A stretch of 64,000 nucleotides of DNA from Gammaproteobacteria bacterium (GTDB lineage Bacteria; Pseudomonadota; Gammaproteobacteria; DSM-16500): NCBI GenBank assembly GCA_021324335.1, contig JAJPJH010000107.1, positions 7,362 through 71,361 of the forward strand. Direction: 5' to 3'. The notes beneath the pieces are model-generated. The model made no database searches and was not told the origin of the DNA. It saw only the letters and a program-made list of their open reading frames with translations. Of the stretch, positions 29,463 to 39,652 are shown piece after piece. Position numbers and translations under genes: made by a program. The stretch's first letter is position 1; every line of letters starts with the position of its first letter.

Positions 29463-31601
29463 TTACATACAATTTTCGTGTTTTTGTCGATTCATTCTCT
29501 TTTCTTCTAGTGTCAATAGCATCTCACTGGTAATACCAGCTTTAGTGAAAAGCTTATTAACTAAGTGAAGGTTAAATTCACAAAGTTTGCGTTCAGTATG
29601 CTGCTTACCATGGGCTCGGAAGAATCCAGAAGTAGCAAAATAATCTGTTTGTGGGTTAACAAGCTCAGTAGCATGCGCAATCTTATTGGCGCTTTGTATG
29701 TTTTTACCTGATTTATCTCTGGTTTTTTGAGATTTAGTATCATCTATATCAGCTTCATCATGCACACGAATTTCCGTAATGAGCTTATTGAGCCTAATAC
29801 GCTTATGAGAAGAACCATTACCAATTTCTGAGATCTCACCGCCGCATGCTCTGATAATGCTAATCACCTCATTATATTTTATACCTGTTCTTTCATTGAC
29901 AATATCACTTAAAATCCCAAACTGACGTGAATTTAAATTTAAAATGATATTTTCTATATCCGTATTAATAAACTTTACAATGCTTGTTGTTGAATTATTA
30001 TTTGAATTAAAAATACTCACACTATTAATTGTATTATTAATATCCGATTGTTTTCTTTTTTTCTCTTCTCTCACTGCAGCAACGTTACGACGATAATCTG
30101 CAATCTTTTTCCTGTTTTCTTCTAATTGAGTAAGGCGATTTTGTTGATATTGTTCTTGCAACTCGCGATTATTTTTTATTTCTTGAGCCCGCTGCGCTGG
30201 TAATTGAGGCTGATCACATTCCTTCCGGGTATGGCAAGTAATTAAAGATTGTTTTATGTCATTTTTTATACGGTCTATTTGGTTTTGAATACTGTCTATG
30301 ACTTTAGAAAATGATTTATAACAGTTTGTTATATCATTTATTGTCAAGTCACATGTATAAATATCTGTATCATAGATTTCAAGCCAATCTCTCACTGATG
30401 CTTCAAATAATATCTTAATTTCATTAAGATCACTTAAACTCTGTTCCGATTCTATCTTCATATTTTCCGATTTTGCTATAGTTATTAATTTATTTATTGA
30501 TGTTTGAAGGTCTACTAATTGCGATTTCCGTAGTTTATGTTTTTTAATAAATGCGTTTCTTAATTGCTCTATCTCATCCATCTTTTGTTCTAATTTGACC
30601 GCCTTGTCATAGGCATCACGGACTTTAAAGTATTCATAAACATTGTCTTTAACTAAATGGTATAGGTCCCTTAAGTCGGCTCCATTTGTCTCAACTTTAT
30701 TTAAAAGTTTATCTGCTTCCTGGCAGTCTTTGGATACTTTAAGGAACTCAAGCTGAAATGCTGCTGCGGCTGATGGCTTTTTGGTTAAATCTCCTGATTC
30801 CTGTATGGCTTCTAGTTCTTGCTTATAATTTTCTTTCAAATCGGTAATAATTTTTTGTTGTTTTTCTTCAAGCTGAGAAAAGTTATCTTTCACCTCTTGG
30901 AAAAATTCTTGCATCTTTTTATCACCTATTGACTTTTTTACCACTTGTAGTATTTCATTCTGTCGTTTATGAATGTAAATTTCCCAATTGAAATTCAATA
31001 AAGCTTTTATCGTTATTGCAGAGAATGTCGTAGATCCAGTTTGGGCTTGCGTTTCAGGCTTATTTTCTTCGCTTACCTTTATCTTTCCGAGTTTAATAAT
31101 TTTCTCAAGATTAGCAAAATCTTCCTTTGGAATATATTTATTTAAGATCTTAACGATTGATTCATAGAAATCCACATCAACAAACAGCTTGATCAATATT
31201 GTGTTGGTAATATGTTGGGAATTTGCCACTTTTTTAAAGAGTGGAATAAAATTTAGAGATAGTTTTAATATGCAAGCAATTTTTTGTATTTCATCTAATG
31301 ATAATTGCGATGAATTTTCTAACCTATTAGTTAGTTCTTCAAGCGGTTGATAAATTTGCAGCTTATCATCTATTGCTGATTTAAGGAGGATCACTAATTC
31401 GTGCGCATTTCCTGGTAAGCATCTTAATCCATAAACATCATACAAATACCTCTTAGCCTCCTCTTCTGATTTCTTTCCCTCAAGAATTTCATTTATATAT
31501 GACTTATTTTCCTTTAAAAATTCAAAGTGAGAATTCATTATTTGCGCTACTTGCGTTAGGTCTTCCTCATAAGGTGGGGCATGATGGATTGTCTTTTTCA
31601 T
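29463..31601 (-). CDS. large coiled-coil orphan protein with C-terminal HicA/YcfA-like module (effector-like)
   Basis: 712 aa, very AT-rich, with long heptad-like Glu/Lys/Gln-rich stretches. The C-terminal part has KYNEVISIIRACGGEISEIGNGSSHKRIRL ... FFRAHGKQHTERKLCEFNLHLVNKLFTKAGI. This resembles the HicA pattern (L..G......GSxH ... pH....l....v..il..aGi), split by an insert. Confidence 0.65.
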   Translation of the reverse strand: MKKTIHHAPPYEEDLTQVAQIMNSHFEFLKENKSYINEILEGKKSEEEAKRYLYDVYGLRCLPGNAHELVILLKSAIDDKLQIYQPLEELTNRLENSSQLSLDEIQKIACILKLSLNFIPLFKKVANSQHITNTILIKLFVDVDFYESIVKILNKYIPKEDFANLEKIIKLGKIKVSEENKPETQAQTGSTTFSAITIKALLNFNWEIYIHKRQNEILQVVKKSIGDKKMQEFFQEVKDNFSQLEEKQQKIITDLKENYKQELEAIQESGDLTKKPSAAAAFQLEFLKVSKDCQEADKLLNKVETNGADLRDLYHLVKDNVYEYFKVRDAYDKAVKLEQKMDEIEQLRNAFIKKHKLRKSQLVDLQTSINKLITIAKSENMKIESEQSLSDLNEIKILFEASVRDWLEIYDTDIYTCDLTINDITNCYKSFSKVIDSIQNQIDRIKNDIKQSLITCHTRKECDQPQLPAQRAQEIKNNRELQEQYQQNRLTQLEENRKKIADYRRNVAAVREEKKRKQSDINNTINSVSIFNSNNNSTTSIVKFINTDIENIILNLNSRQFGILSDIVNERTGIKYNEVISIIRACGGEISEIGNGSSHKRIRLNKLITEIRVHDEADIDDTKSQKTRDKSGKNIQSANKIAHATELVNPQTDYFATSGFFRAHGKQHTERKLCEFNLHLVNKLFTKAGITSEMLLTLEEKRMNRQKHENCM

Positions 31602-31808
31602 ACTTACCTCTTGTGAATGGAGTTAATCGATGGCTTTAGGGTATGTTAGAGATGCATTTGACCTCTTTTAGTTATTATTTTACAAGTCGTTAGGTATAAA
31701 ATAGCAGGAATCTTGCAAAATGGAATCCTAAAATACAAAAAAGAGATTCTTGAAATAAAAATTCTCATTAGAGATAATGAGCGCATTTAAAAAACAGGAA
31801 AGATTTGT

Positions 31809-33215
31809 ATGTTAACCAGTGAGCTATTTAGCAAATTACAAAATCTATTGCCTGAAAAAATTTTCAGCTCGACAGAAATATTACAACAACATGCTGGTAA
31901 TTGTTTTTATATACCTTCTTATTTGCCAGATGTGGTATGTTATGCAGAATCAGAAGAAGATGTTATCAAAGTCACAGATTTTTGTATTCGAAATAGAATA
32001 CCCTTGATTCCCTACGGTAGCGGGACAAGTGTTGAAGGTCACACATCCGCTATTTATGGGGGTATATGCTTAGATTTAAGCAGGATGAATAAAGTATTAG
32101 AGTTTAATCCTATCGATAGATATGTTGTCGTTCAGCCAGGCATACCTTATAACAAATTAAATGAATTTTTAGAGCCTCATGGGTTTCATTTTCCTGTTGA
32201 AGCTGGTTGGGGTGCTAGTATAGGCGGCATGATGTCAACAAATGCATCAGGTGCTGGCGCAACAGATGCAGGATCGATGGCCAAAAATGTAATTGGGTGT
32301 GATGTTGTTATTAATAAAAGTGGCAAGGCTGGTAAAATTAGTATTGGAACTAAATCTCCCAAATCTTCTGCTGGGTATAATTTGTTAACATTATTTGCAG
32401 GCGCTGAAGGTACATTGGGTGTCATTACAGAGATTTGTGTCAAAATAAGAGAAAATTTTACGCATTATCGAACCATATGTTGTCAGTTTGATGAAATTCA
32501 AAAAGTGGTTAATTTCGTCGTTAATATGAAAAAATCGGTTCACTTTAGACGTATAGAATTACTCGACAAGTTACAAACAAAAGCTTGTGTAATTTATTCA
32601 AAGATAAACGACCTACATGCAGATAAAAATACGCTCATCATAGAGTTGGCTGGAAATGATTACTTAGTTGATCATGAATCGAAGTTGATAATAGATTATT
32701 TGAACTGCCATTTTGCAGAAAACATAAAAATATTTAATGATAAGAAATCTGCAGAAAATATATGGATGATGCGTAAAAATGCATGTCCAGCAGCTATACA
32801 GGTTATCGGTAAAAGTAAAAAAGCAATGGCTACGGATGCGAGTGTTCCTATATCAAAGTTGGATGAATGCATACAAGCATGCTACCTGCATATGGAAAAA
32901 TATGGGTTGGAGGCGCCACTTGTTGCTCATATAGGAGATGGCAATTTTCATTTTACAATACTGCTGAATCCTGATGATCAGGAAGAGATGCAAAGAGCAT
33001 TGAAGTTTAATCAATGTGTTGTGAGAGAGGCTTTAAAAGTAGGTGGGACGTGTACAGGTGAGCACGGAATAGGATTGGGAAAGAAATCTTATTTAGAGGC
33101 TGAATATGGAGATAGCTTGTTTCTAATGAGAAAAATTAAACAGGCTTTTGATCCTTTAGGAATATTTAATCCGGGGAAGGTTATTGATGTTGATATCATG
33201 AATAGAATGGTGTAA
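31809..33215 (+). CDS. FAD-linked oxidase (GlcD / D-lactate dehydrogenase family)
   Basis: 468 aa. FAD-binding PCMH-type N-terminus with IPLIPYGSGTSVEGH, and C-terminal GGTCTGEHGIGLGKK...DPLGIFNPGKV. Confidence 0.85.
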   Translation: MLTSELFSKLQNLLPEKIFSSTEILQQHAGNCFYIPSYLPDVVCYAESEEDVIKVTDFCIRNRIPLIPYGSGTSVEGHTSAIYGGICLDLSRMNKVLEFNPIDRYVVVQPGIPYNKLNEFLEPHGFHFPVEAGWGASIGGMMSTNASGAGATDAGSMAKNVIGCDVVINKSGKAGKISIGTKSPKSSAGYNLLTLFAGAEGTLGVITEICVKIRENFTHYRTICCQFDEIQKVVNFVVNMKKSVHFRRIELLDKLQTKACVIYSKINDLHADKNTLIIELAGNDYLVDHESKLIIDYLNCHFAENIKIFNDKKSAENIWMMRKNACPAAIQVIGKSKKAMATDASVPISKLDECIQACYLHMEKYGLEAPLVAHIGDGNFHFTILLNPDDQEEMQRALKFNQCVVREALKVGGTCTGEHGIGLGKKSYLEAEYGDSLFLMRKIKQAFDPLGIFNPGKVIDVDIMNRMV

Positions 33216-33391
33216 TGATTAAATTTCTCAGATGGATTAAATCAATTTGTAAAAATAAAAAGATGCTTCACTTTCGAATAATAAATGAAGAACAATCTAC
33301 TAAGACAAAAAATACAATTGTCGATTTTTTATTCATATCTTTTAGCTCCTGATTAATATAGTACGAAGTATACATGCTTACTTAAAGTCCT

Positions 33392-33409
33392 GGATTTCAA
33401 TTGAAATCC
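33392..33409. promoter_or_regulatory. perfect 18-bp palindrome in the iol promoter region (candidate operator)
   Basis: ggatttcaattgaaatcc, centred about 62 bp upstream of the iolT-like ATG (33463). Confidence 0.45.
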
Positions 33410-33462
33410 TAAATAATCTCAGGAATAATAAGCCCCCTTAGGAAATATAAAAAGGATTTTAT

Positions 33463-34896
33463 ATGTACCACTTTACGGAAAATCCCTCTTCTAAGCCTAC
33501 CTATTTCATTTTTCTAATCGCTGCCATTGCTGCTCTTGGCGGTTTCTTATTTGGTTTTGACTCTAGCATTATCGCTGATACCAAAGATCAAATTACTGCA
33601 CAATTTTCCTTAAGCGATTTTCAATGGTCATGGATTGTGAGTGTGAGCCTATTAGGTTCTATTATCGGCATCCCAATCAGTGGCCTCGTGGCAGATCATA
33701 TTAGCCGTAAAAGTATGCTCCTCCTAGTGGCAGCAGGTTTTATTCTGGGCGCTATTTTATGTGCACAAGCAACGCAATTAAATATTTTAATAACAGGCCG
33801 TTTTATTATCGGTATGTGCATCGGCATTGCTTCTTATATCTCTCCTTTGTTTATCGCAGAAATGGCACCTGCTAATGCACGCGGTGGCATGATTTTAATG
33901 AATGGATTAGCCATCACCTTTGGCCAAGCTTTTTCATTTCTACTGGGTTATTTTATTCATGATATTAGCCAATCAAGTTGGCGCTTATTATTATGGCTGG
34001 GAACGATACCTGCTTTTTGTCTTTTAATCGGTATTTTATTTGTACCGCATTCACCTCGCTTTATGATGGCAAAATATGGCAGGGACAAGGCTTATGAGAT
34101 ACTCAAAAAAATTCGCCACAATGAAATAGCCATTCAAACAGAGTTACACGAAATCAAATTAAATCTCACTCAATCTTCTTCTGGAAATATCCTATCCCTC
34201 TTCAAAAAACCTTTTATTTTTGTGCTAATAGCAGGAGTATTATTAGGTATTTTCCAACAATTTTCTGGCATCAATGCCATCATGTATTATGGCCCGGTTA
34301 TTTTTGAAACAGCCGGATTTTATCCCATCAAAACGACATTGCTTGCTACGTTTTGGATGGGATTAGTAAATTTCCTTTTCACCGCCATTACCTTATTTTA
34401 TGTCGATAAAGTTGGTCGTCGCTTCCTATTATTAAGCGGTATTTTATTAGCGTCTCTCAGCTTAGTATTAGTCGCTTGTTATTATCAATGGCACTTGTTT
34501 AATCAGAAATGGTTAATGCTCTGCTTTATGTCGACTTATATCATGGGCTATTGTGTGAGTGTTGGCTCATTATTTTGGGTCATTATTTCTGAAATTTACC
34601 CTCATAAGATCCGCGGTCTTGCTATGAGTATTGCAACCCTTGTGCAATGGGGAGCAAATTTTGTGGTTGCGATTAGCTTTCTGGATATTTTTCACCGATT
34701 TGGCGAAATAAAAACATTTTGCTTATTTAGCTTAATCTGTTTATGCGCTTTTATTTTTATTTACCATTTCATTCCAGAAACAACCGATGTTTCATTGGAA
34801 AAAATTGAGGAAAATTTAATGGCAGGGAAAAAATTGCGAGAAATAGGGCAACCGGTGGAGAGTGAGATTGGTGAAGTGGAGAGTGTGGGGATATGA
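33463..34896 (+). CDS. iolT: MFS sugar-porter family transporter, probable myo-inositol importer
   Basis: 12 TM helices. Sugar-porter motifs GFLFGFDSSII, VDKVGRR, PHSPRFM and PETTDVSLEKIE. It is the first gene of the iol cluster. Confidence 0.8.
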   Translation: MYHFTENPSSKPTYFIFLIAAIAALGGFLFGFDSSIIADTKDQITAQFSLSDFQWSWIVSVSLLGSIIGIPISGLVADHISRKSMLLLVAAGFILGAILCAQATQLNILITGRFIIGMCIGIASYISPLFIAEMAPANARGGMILMNGLAITFGQAFSFLLGYFIHDISQSSWRLLLWLGTIPAFCLLIGILFVPHSPRFMMAKYGRDKAYEILKKIRHNEIAIQTELHEIKLNLTQSSSGNILSLFKKPFIFVLIAGVLLGIFQQFSGINAIMYYGPVIFETAGFYPIKTTLLATFWMGLVNFLFTAITLFYVDKVGRRFLLLSGILLASLSLVLVACYYQWHLFNQKWLMLCFMSTYIMGYCVSVGSLFWVIISEIYPHKIRGLAMSIATLVQWGANFVVAISFLDIFHRFGEIKTFCLFSLICLCAFIFIYHFIPETTDVSLEKIEENLMAGKKLREIGQPVESEIGEVESVGI

Positions 34897-35933
34897 AATC
34901 ATGTCGAATAGGGATTATTGGCGCTGGTCGAATCGGTAAGTTACATGCAGAAAATATTTGTTATCGTTTACCACAATTCACTGTGGCAGGAATCGCGGAT
35001 CCTTGTATCGATTTAGAATGGGCCCAGTTGTTGGGTATTCCTTTAATCTCGACTCAATCGAATGATCTCATTAATCACCCTGCTATCGATGCAATTTTAA
35101 TTGCCTCGCCTTCTCATTTACACACCAAGCAAATTATTGCAGCAAGCGAAGCAGGTAAAGCTGTTTTTTGTGAAAAGCCGATTGGTTTAACAGAAACAGA
35201 TATTCAACATTGTTTAGCTGTAGTGGAACGACAACATACCTTATTGCAAATTGGCTTTAATCGTCGGTTTGATCCCAACTTTGCTAGCATTCACCGTCGC
35301 GTGCAAGCAGGTGAAATTGGCCAGCCTAATTTAGTAAGGATTACTTCCCGTGATCCAGGTTGGTCTATGGAATATATTAAAACATCCGGCGGTATTTTCA
35401 TGGATATGACTATTCATGATTTCGATATGGCTAGATTCTTAATGCATGCAGATGTCATTGAGGTATATGCAACCGGATCAGTTTTAATTCATCCAGGGTT
35501 TGCTGAATGCCAAGATTTTGATACAGCAGTGATACAATTGCGTTTCGAGAATGGTGCACTCGGTGTAATAGATAATAGCAGACAAGCTGTGTATGGTTAC
35601 GATCAGCGCGTTGAAGTTGCGGGCGATAAAGGATTATTACTTGCTAAAAATCAGCTTCAACATGGTGCCTACTATTTTGGCCGTGGTGAAACACGGTCTG
35701 CTAATCCGCTGCATTTTTTCTTAGAACGCTATCAAGAAGCTTATATTGCTGAACTTGAAGCATTTTATGAATCATGGTTGCATCAGCAACCTAGTCAAGT
35801 GACGGGGTATGATGGCTTGCAAGCTTTACGTATTGCCATGGCAGCAAATCAATCATTACAAACAGGACAGCCTGTGAAATTAATGGCCGCATTTAATAAT
35901 ATGACGGAAAGTAAAATAGGCGTGAGGGCTTAA
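34893..35933 (+). CDS. iolG: myo-inositol 2-dehydrogenase (Gfo/Idh/MocA family)
   Basis: IGIIGAGRIGKLHA Rossmann motif, the CEKP motif, and GFNRRFDPNF. Cluster context supports the call. Confidence 0.85.
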   Translation: MKSCRIGIIGAGRIGKLHAENICYRLPQFTVAGIADPCIDLEWAQLLGIPLISTQSNDLINHPAIDAILIASPSHLHTKQIIAASEAGKAVFCEKPIGLTETDIQHCLAVVERQHTLLQIGFNRRFDPNFASIHRRVQAGEIGQPNLVRITSRDPGWSMEYIKTSGGIFMDMTIHDFDMARFLMHADVIEVYATGSVLIHPGFAECQDFDTAVIQLRFENGALGVIDNSRQAVYGYDQRVEVAGDKGLLLAKNQLQHGAYYFGRGETRSANPLHFFLERYQEAYIAELEAFYESWLHQQPSQVTGYDGLQALRIAMAANQSLQTGQPVKLMAAFNNMTESKIGVRA

Positions 35934-35935
35934 AC

Positions 35936-37771
35936 ATGAACTTCACTTTTGACATGAAACGTCCCATTGATCTTATTTGCATGGGTCGCGTTGCAGTCGA
36001 TTTATATGCAGAACAAATCCATTCACCGCTTTCAGAAGTGCAAACTTTTCGTAAATATTTAGGCGGTTGTCCCGGCAATATTGCGGTGGGAACCTCGCGA
36101 TTAGGATTGAAATCCATGCTGTTTTCGTGTGTGGGAAAAGATGAGATGGGTCAATTTTTAAAAAACACCTTGCAAAAAGAAGGTGTTAGTACGGATTTGC
36201 TATACGAAACCGATCAGCATTTAACGGGTTTGGTATTATTAGGTATTTGTCCGCCAAGTCATTTTCCTTTAATGTTTTACCGAAAAGATTGTGCAGATAT
36301 GCAGTTGCAGCCTTCGCATATTAAGCCAACCCTATTGCAACAAGCTAAAGCTATCTTAATTACAGGTACAGGATTATCCACGGCTTCAATGGAAAATACC
36401 ACGCATGAGACAGTGAAGCTCGCAAAAGAAATGGGAACCGCTGTTATCTTCGATTTAGATTATCGTCCCGTTTTATGGGGATTAACTGCTGCGGGAGATG
36501 GTGAAACCCGTTATCAATCTAGTCAAGTGGTGACACAGCATTATCAAAAAATATTGTCGTATTGCGATTTAATTGTGGGTACGGAAGAGGAAATAAAAAT
36601 TGCCGCAGGTGTAGATAATATACAGCATGCCATTCCCATCATTCAGCAATTTAGCAATGCGCCTATTGTCATGAAAAAAGGTGAAAAAGGCTGCCAAGTT
36701 TATCTCGAAAAAAATCCACCTCTCTCTTCTCGTTCTTTCCCGGTGGAGGTATTAAATGTATTGGGTGCAGGTGATGCATTTCTTTCAGGTTTATTGCGAG
36801 GTTTATTACGTGGCGAATCGTGGGAGACGGCTATTGAATGGGCTAATGCAAATGGTGCATTGGTCGTAACACGCCATGGTTGCGCACCAGCGATGCCCTA
36901 TTTTGATGAATTACAAGAATTTCTCCAATGTTATGACAATGATCCATACAGATGGAAATTTTTGCCGCATTCCCAGGTATATAAACAATATGTAATCCGC
37001 TATCCCCAAGGATTTAAAGATGGTTTGACGTCGATTGTAACAATGCAAAAAGAAACAGACATGAATTTCAGTTGTCTGAAGTTACGAAAAGGAGAGCATT
37101 ATGATCTAACTTCAGAGTTAGAATCAGCCTATTTACTCATGACAGGTAAAGTAGTTTTTTACTATGCTGATTATACTTATACAGCAGAACGTCTAGGTTA
37201 TTTTGAACAAGATCCTATCGTCTTGCATTGCGCAGCAAAAACATATGCTTCTGTTCAAGCTTTAACAGATTGTGAAATTTTAGTCATACAAACTGAGAAT
37301 GATAATAATTTTGAAGCGATGATTTTTGATAAAAATAATTTGCTAGAATCCGATCATCGTAGCAAAGGATTATTAGAAGATACCTCTTATCGCATCGTCC
37401 GAACAGTTTTTGATAAGCGAAATCGTCCGGAATCTAATTTAGTAGTAGGTGAAATTATTACTTTCCAAGGTAGCTGGTCTAGTTATCCCCCACATTATCA
37501 TGCGCAAGCAGAAATTTACCATTATCGTTTTTCTGAACCACAAGGTTTTGCATTTGGAGAAAATGGTGAAGATGTATTAAAAATTCGTCATTATGACACT
37601 TATCACATTGCTAACGGCCAAGAACATGCCCATTGTACGGCGCCTGGTTATGCACTTTACACATTATGGTTTATCCGCCATTTACCGAATCAACCTTATC
37701 ATCTGCCAACATTTCGCCCAGAACATGAATGGACGCGACATGCGGCAGCTAATCGACGTGTATGGAGATAA
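35936..37771 (+). CDS. iolCB: fused 5-dehydro-2-deoxygluconokinase (IolC) / 5-deoxy-glucuronate isomerase (IolB)
   Basis: The N-terminal ~330 aa is a PfkB kinase (VLGAGDAFLSGLL). The C-terminal ~270 aa is a cupin with GSWSSYPPHYH, as in IolB. Confidence 0.85.
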   Translation: MNFTFDMKRPIDLICMGRVAVDLYAEQIHSPLSEVQTFRKYLGGCPGNIAVGTSRLGLKSMLFSCVGKDEMGQFLKNTLQKEGVSTDLLYETDQHLTGLVLLGICPPSHFPLMFYRKDCADMQLQPSHIKPTLLQQAKAILITGTGLSTASMENTTHETVKLAKEMGTAVIFDLDYRPVLWGLTAAGDGETRYQSSQVVTQHYQKILSYCDLIVGTEEEIKIAAGVDNIQHAIPIIQQFSNAPIVMKKGEKGCQVYLEKNPPLSSRSFPVEVLNVLGAGDAFLSGLLRGLLRGESWETAIEWANANGALVVTRHGCAPAMPYFDELQEFLQCYDNDPYRWKFLPHSQVYKQYVIRYPQGFKDGLTSIVTMQKETDMNFSCLKLRKGEHYDLTSELESAYLLMTGKVVFYYADYTYTAERLGYFEQDPIVLHCAAKTYASVQALTDCEILVIQTENDNNFEAMIFDKNNLLESDHRSKGLLEDTSYRIVRTVFDKRNRPESNLVVGEIITFQGSWSSYPPHYHAQAEIYHYRFSEPQGFAFGENGEDVLKIRHYDTYHIANGQEHAHCTAPGYALYTLWFIRHLPNQPYHLPTFRPEHEWTRHAAANRRVWR

Positions 37772-37777
37772 AGAAGA

Positions 37778-39652
37778 ATGAAAACGATTCAATTGACTGT
37801 GGCTCAAGCATTATTACGATTTTTAGCGAATCAATACGTCGTACTTGATCAACAAGAATATCGGTTTGTGCATGGCGTATTTGGTATTTTTGGTCACGGT
37901 AATGTGACGGGGCTAGGAGAAGCATTAGAATACGATGCCTATGGTCTTCCTTATTACCAAGGTCATAATGAACAAGGTATGGCGCATGCAGCAATTGCAT
38001 TTGCGAAACAAAAAAATCGTCTCGGCATTTTTGCTTGCACTTCCTCCATTGGACCTGGTGCGACTAACATGATTACCGCTGCTGCAACCGCCACAACGAA
38101 TCGCATTCCCTTATTATTATTACCAGGTGATATTTTCAGTTGCCGCCAACCAGATCCGGTTTTACAGCAATTAGAAGTAGAACATGATTATACGATATCA
38201 GTGAATGATTGTTTTAAACCAGTCAGCAGATATTGGGACCGTATCACGCGCCCCGAGCAATTGATGACAGCTTGTTTAAATGCTTTTCGCGTATTAACAG
38301 ATACCGCACAAACAGGGGCGGTGACTCTCTGTTTGCCGCAAGATGTGCAAGCAGAAAGTTATGCTTATCCAGAACATTTTTTCGCTAAACGTATGTGGCA
38401 TATTAATCGGGACCCTGTATCACAACAGGTGTTAGAAGAAGCCGCTAATTTACTTCGTCAAGCTAAACAACCATTGCTTATCGCAGGCGGTGGTGTGCAT
38501 TATTCTTTGGCTACACAGGCGTTAGCAAAATTCGCTGAAACGCACGGCATTCCTGTGGCAGAAACCCAAGCAGGTAAAAGCGCTTTACCGTGGGGGCATC
38601 CCAATAATGTAGGCGGCATCGGTGTCACAGGCAGTGCGGCTGCGAATCAATTAGCAGCTGAAGCAGATTTAATCTTTGCTGTTGGCTCACGATTACAAGA
38701 TTTCACTACCGCTTCGAAATGGGCATTCAAACATCCTGAAGTCAAAATGATTCATCTGAATGTTAATCGTTTTGATTCGTTAAAAATGGACAGTTTGTCG
38801 CTCAAGGGCGATGCTAAATATGGTTTAGAGCAATTATCCGCGATATTAGGAAATTATAAAACCTCTATTGTTTATCAAGAAAAAAGTCGAGTACTGAAAC
38901 AAGCCTGGCAGGATGAAATTACAAAATGGTATTCCATTCCCCCAAAAACGACGGCTGGTATGCATCAAACCAGCGCGATTGGTTTGCTAAATCAATTCGC
39001 GACGGCGCAAGATGTGATTGTGTGTGCGGCGGGTAGTTTGCCCGGTGATTTACATCGTCTCTGGTGTTCTAAGCAGCCTAAAGATTATCATCTGGAATAT
39101 GCTTATTCTTGTATGGGGTATGAAGTCGCTGGTGGTTTAGGCATTCGATTAGCAAAAGAAAATTCACCAGGTGAAGTATATGTGTTAGTAGGTGATGGCA
39201 GCTATATTATGCTGCATTCTGAATTATTAACCAGCATCCAAGAAAAGAAAAAAATCACAGTCATTATATTCGATAATCATGGCTATCAATGTATTCGCAA
39301 CCTACAAGAAGCGCATGGCAGTAAAGGATTCGGGAATGAATTTCGCTATCGCAATCCCGAAACAGAAAAATTAGATGGCGATTATATTGCTATCGATTTC
39401 TGCCAATACGCAGGTGCATTGGGAGCCAAAACATTTTCCGCCGAATCAGAAGACAGTTTTCAATCAGCCTTAGTGGAAGCTAAAAAATCTACTCAAACCT
39501 GCGTTATTGCACTTGCTGTCTTACCGAAGACGATGACATATGGTTACCAAACTTGGTGGCGGGTTGGTGTCGCAGAAGTATCGCAATCAGCCCAAGTGCA
39601 GGAAGCTTATGTGGGGATGTGTGAAGAAGTAGAAAAGGTGAGGGTATATTGA
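37778..39652 (+). CDS. iolD: 3D-(3,5/4)-trihydroxycyclohexane-1,2-dione acylhydrolase (ThDP enzyme)
   Basis: 624 aa, acetolactate-synthase-like fold, with the ThDP motif GDGSYIMLHSEL...N. Confidence 0.88.
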   Translation: MKTIQLTVAQALLRFLANQYVVLDQQEYRFVHGVFGIFGHGNVTGLGEALEYDAYGLPYYQGHNEQGMAHAAIAFAKQKNRLGIFACTSSIGPGATNMITAAATATTNRIPLLLLPGDIFSCRQPDPVLQQLEVEHDYTISVNDCFKPVSRYWDRITRPEQLMTACLNAFRVLTDTAQTGAVTLCLPQDVQAESYAYPEHFFAKRMWHINRDPVSQQVLEEAANLLRQAKQPLLIAGGGVHYSLATQALAKFAETHGIPVAETQAGKSALPWGHPNNVGGIGVTGSAAANQLAAEADLIFAVGSRLQDFTTASKWAFKHPEVKMIHLNVNRFDSLKMDSLSLKGDAKYGLEQLSAILGNYKTSIVYQEKSRVLKQAWQDEITKWYSIPPKTTAGMHQTSAIGLLNQFATAQDVIVCAAGSLPGDLHRLWCSKQPKDYHLEYAYSCMGYEVAGGLGIRLAKENSPGEVYVLVGDGSYIMLHSELLTSIQEKKKITVIIFDNHGYQCIRNLQEAHGSKGFGNEFRYRNPETEKLDGDYIAIDFCQYAGALGAKTFSAESEDSFQSALVEAKKSTQTCVIALAVLPKTMTYGYQTWWRVGVAEVSQSAQVQEAYVGMCEEVEKVRVY

